The notes under the pieces: generated by a model
The model's input: the letters and a program-made list of their open reading frames with translations, nothing else
The model's database searches: none
What the model was told of the DNA's origin: nothing
Part shown: one piece after another, positions 24,391-27,395 of the stretch
Numbering within the stretch: position 1 is the first letter of the stretch
How the letters are laid out: the number at the start of each line of letters is the position of its first letter
From: a virus
Lineage: Duplodnaviria; Caudoviricetes
DNA: 27,395 nt
Virus record (IMG/VR): IMGVR_UViG_3300046739_000137
Span: 1 to 27,395 of that record
Direction: 5' to 3' (one strand)
Position numbers and translations under genes: made by a program

Positions 24391-26713
24391 GAAACCAAAT
24401 GCAGCGGCCGATCCCGACGTGCGGCACGACGACCTGGAATATAATCCGGCGATCGAACCCAAGAAGGCCAAGGCTTGGCTCAACTTGCTGACCGAGAGCG
24501 AGAAGGTTTTCGAGAAGTGGCACGATCACTGCGACAAGATCGACAAGCAGTATGCATCGCTCGAGCGTCTGTCGAATATGGCGCGCGACAAGGAGTACCA
24601 GATATTCTGGGCGAATTGTGAGGTGCTCAAGCCATCGATCTACGCCAAGCCGCCTGTCCCCGTTGTGGTGCCCAAGTTCAAGGACAGGCGAGCTGTCCCC
24701 CAAGCTGCCAGCGAGCTGCTCGAGCGATGTACGGTTGTTGCCTTCGACCTGACCCGTATCAATGACGTAATGATGCTGTTGCGCGACGACGTCGCACTGA
24801 TCGGCCGCGGCGTTCCCTGGTGTCGGTACGAGGCCAAGAAGGATACAACCGGCTACTACTCAACCGAGCGCGTCTGCATCGACTTCAAGCACCGGCGCGA
24901 CTTTCTGCATTCGATCAGTCGCTGCTGGCAGGAGGTGACGTGGGTTGCGGCCGCCAGCTACTTGACCAGAGGCGAGGCGCGCAAACGCTTTTACGAAAGC
25001 AGCGGCGACGCCTATCAGGAGGCCGACTACAAAGTTGATAGAGATACGAAAGAAGTTGGCGGCGCCGACAAGCGCGAGCGCGCCAAGTTCTGGGAGATCT
25101 GGCACAAGTCAGAGCGGCGTGTCGTCTGGGTTGGCGAGGGTTGCGAAGACATCCTGGACGAGGACGATCCGCACCTAGACTTACAAAACTTCTTCCCGTG
25201 TCCCAAGCCGGCGTACGGAACGTGTCAGCGCAATTCGCTCGTGCCGGTGCCCGACGTGTTGCAATACAAGGACCAGCTCGAGGAAGTGAACCTGCTCACG
25301 GGCAGGATCCACGCGCTCTCCGATGCGCTCGAGGCGAAAGGATTTTATCCCGCCGGCGGCGCCGAGATCTCCGATGCAGTGCAGGCGGCGATCAAGATGA
25401 AGACACCAGGGCGGATGTTGGTGCCGATTTCCAACTGGGCTGCATTTGGCGGCAGCAAAGAGGTGATCATCTGGCTGCCAATCGACATGATTGCGCAAAC
25501 CATCACCGCCCTGGTGGCACTGCGCAAGCAAGTGATCGACGACGTTTATCAAATCATCGGCCTCTCCGACATCATGCGCGGGCAGACCGATCCGCAAGAG
25601 ACGCTTGGCGCGCAAGAACTCAAAACCGATTACGGATCCACGCGGGTGCGTGACAAGCAGTCGGAGTTGGTGCGCGTGGCTCGCGATCTTGCGGAGATTG
25701 TCGCCGAGATCATCACCGAAAAGTTTTCACCGGTGACGATGATTGAAATGTCGCAGACGCAGTTGCCGACGAAACAGATGGTGCAGCGGCAGATCCAGCA
25801 GGTGGTCGAGCAGATGCAGCAACATCATCAGCAGGCGCTGACGATGATCCAGCAGCCACAAATCCAGCAGATGGCGCAGCAAAACCCCGAGCAGGCGCAG
25901 CAGCTGCAGCAGCAGTTTCAGCAAATGCAGCAGGCGGCGTCCGGCACGATCATCAAGCTGCAGGAAAAGCCGACCATCGAGCAGGTGTTGGAATTTCTCA
26001 AGGATAACCGCACCAAATCATTCGTGCTCGACATTGAAACCGACAGCACCATTCAAGCCGACGAGAATGCCGAGAAGCAGCGGCGCTCTGAGTTCGTTGG
26101 CGTTTTGGGCGGCCTACTGCCGCAACTGGCGCAGATGATTGCAGCACAGCCGCAGTGTGCAACATTCTGTGGTGAGCTGCTCAAGTTCGCCACCGCACCA
26201 TTCCGTGCTGGCCGATCGCTCGATGGTGCGATTGATGACTTGGTGGCGCAGATGGAGCAGCAGGGCAGTCAGAACCAAACTGATAACAACCCAGCGCAGA
26301 TCAATGCCAAGACTGCGCTACAGATCGAGCAAATGAAAGACAAGCGCCAGCGCGACAAGGACCAGATGGACCAGGCGATGACGGCGGCCGAGCTGAAGCA
26401 GAAGGACGATCACAAGAAGATGGAGCTGTTTAACGCGCAGCGCATCGAGCAAATGCGACTGTCGACCAAGCAAGGTGACCAGCAAGCCAAGGTGCAGGTG
26501 CAGAACCAGAAGGCGATGGAGAGCCGCGAGGCGCACCAGATGCAGATGCTCGAGGGCCAACAGGACATGCAGATTAACCGCGAAAAGGCTGAGGCCGACA
26601 TTCAAAAGAGCATCGCTTCGCGCGCGCAGATGGCCGAGAAGATGCAGCAGCAGCGCGCGCAGGCACAGTTCAAGATGACACAACCGCAACGACCGGTGAT
26701 GCCAGGTGGCTGA
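24380..26713 (+). CDS. Portal protein with long Gln-rich C-terminal coil
   Basis: 777 aa downstream of TerL. Contains IFWAN...LKPSIY, FFPCPKP and IIGLSDIMRG, plus a Q-rich barrel-like tail as in P22-type portals. Confidence 0.82.
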   Translation: MAVKKPNAAADPDVRHDDLEYNPAIEPKKAKAWLNLLTESEKVFEKWHDHCDKIDKQYASLERLSNMARDKEYQIFWANCEVLKPSIYAKPPVPVVVPKFKDRRAVPQAASELLERCTVVAFDLTRINDVMMLLRDDVALIGRGVPWCRYEAKKDTTGYYSTERVCIDFKHRRDFLHSISRCWQEVTWVAAASYLTRGEARKRFYESSGDAYQEADYKVDRDTKEVGGADKRERAKFWEIWHKSERRVVWVGEGCEDILDEDDPHLDLQNFFPCPKPAYGTCQRNSLVPVPDVLQYKDQLEEVNLLTGRIHALSDALEAKGFYPAGGAEISDAVQAAIKMKTPGRMLVPISNWAAFGGSKEVIIWLPIDMIAQTITALVALRKQVIDDVYQIIGLSDIMRGQTDPQETLGAQELKTDYGSTRVRDKQSELVRVARDLAEIVAEIITEKFSPVTMIEMSQTQLPTKQMVQRQIQQVVEQMQQHHQQALTMIQQPQIQQMAQQNPEQAQQLQQQFQQMQQAASGTIIKLQEKPTIEQVLEFLKDNRTKSFVLDIETDSTIQADENAEKQRRSEFVGVLGGLLPQLAQMIAAQPQCATFCGELLKFATAPFRAGRSLDGAIDDLVAQMEQQGSQNQTDNNPAQINAKTALQIEQMKDKRQRDKDQMDQAMTAAELKQKDDHKKMELFNAQRIEQMRLSTKQGDQQAKVQVQNQKAMESREAHQMQMLEGQQDMQINREKAEADIQKSIASRAQMAEKMQQQRAQAQFKMTQPQRPVMPGG

Positions 26714-27395
26714 CGACGACTACATCATGGGCGAGCTGGCGCGGTCGGATCTCTATCCCGACGAAAGCCAGATGCAGCCGCCGGCGAATGCACCAGGCGG
26801 CCTGACGCCAGAAGATTGGATGTTATCGGGGCAGCAACCACCGCAAGCAACGTATGATCCTGTCCTGCCGCGGAGCTGGATGGAAAAACTTCAGGACGTC
26901 GAAGCAAAACGAATTGCCGATTATAAAAGTGGCGGCACCCCGGCGATGCTTGCCGGATTGGTACAGGACAGCGGTGCAGAACAGGAATTGTTTGGCGGTT
27001 TTGGTGGTGTCACCAAGAGCGTTAAAGGGCCGGCGGAAGTCATTAAGGGATTTGCGCCAGGGGCAACATTTGAGACAGCGAAGACGCCGCGTATGGCGTC
27101 GCCGGAAGAGATCACGCGCGCGGCCGCGATCAGCAAGCAGGGCGTTACGCAACCAGAGTTGCGCGAGCTGTATAATCAGTTGGGGCTGACCGGTCGGCCG
27201 GCGTCGGAATTGGCACAGCCATCTCTCGAGGCTAGGCAGCCGGCGCAAGTTGTGCGGCAGGCAACGGATCTCAAGCTCGCCGATCGCGAGGCGCTTAATC
27301 AGCTCTCGCCAGAGCAGCGGATTGAGTATCAGAAGAGCGGCAAGTTGCCGGAAGGGCAGATGATGCCGTCACAGGAGGCGGCCGCGCCTGGTCTG
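26706..27395 (+). CDS. Post-portal protein, 3'-truncated, not in the ORF track
   Basis: GTG 26706 overlaps the portal end. The frame MADDDYIMGELARSDLYPDE... stays open for 230 codons to the window edge. Confidence 0.7.
   Translation, partial: MADDDYIMGELARSDLYPDESQMQPPANAPGGLTPEDWMLSGQQPPQATYDPVLPRSWMEKLQDVEAKRIADYKSGGTPAMLAGLVQDSGAEQELFGGFGGVTKSVKGPAEVIKGFAPGATFETAKTPRMASPEEITRAAAISKQGVTQPELRELYNQLGLTGRPASELAQPSLEARQPAQVVRQATDLKLADREALNQLSPEQRIEYQKSGKLPEGQMMPSQEAAAPGL

Noticed and set aside
25780-25935. CAG-rich repeats in the portal gene
   Set aside because: Explained by the Gln-rich coiled coil; not an independent element.

Overview
A GC-rich tailed-phage segment (podovirus-like, probably infecting a Hyphomicrobiales/Bradyrhizobium-type alphaproteobacterium, judged from a GcrA homologue, CTTGAC-N17-CTATAT promoters and a VPLPA-CTERM protein). 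The gene order is ejection/internal virion proteins and tail fibres (1-7466), lysis region (7463-9148), a leftward accessory cluster (9380-13012), a rightward replication/recombination cluster (GcrA, VRR-NUC, Cas4-like exonuclease, SSB-like protein, primase-helicase, putative origin; 13097-19983), a second leftward cluster with a C5-methyltransferase-like gene, a divergent promoter pair with a small HTH gene, then terminase and portal (22193-26713) and a partial gene. I see no integrase, DNA polymerase or CRISPR array. The most notable signal is a putative ~75-nt sRNA gene (own sigma70-type promoter and intrinsic terminator, ~9179-9252). Its 5' seed is complementary to a shared leader motif (GTTCATCRCAA..GGAG) that covers the Shine-Dalgarno of five dispersed phage genes. 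A palindromic operator (GACAG-N-CTGTC) lies in the promoters of some of the same genes. All calls are from reading the sequence by eye; no database searches were run.
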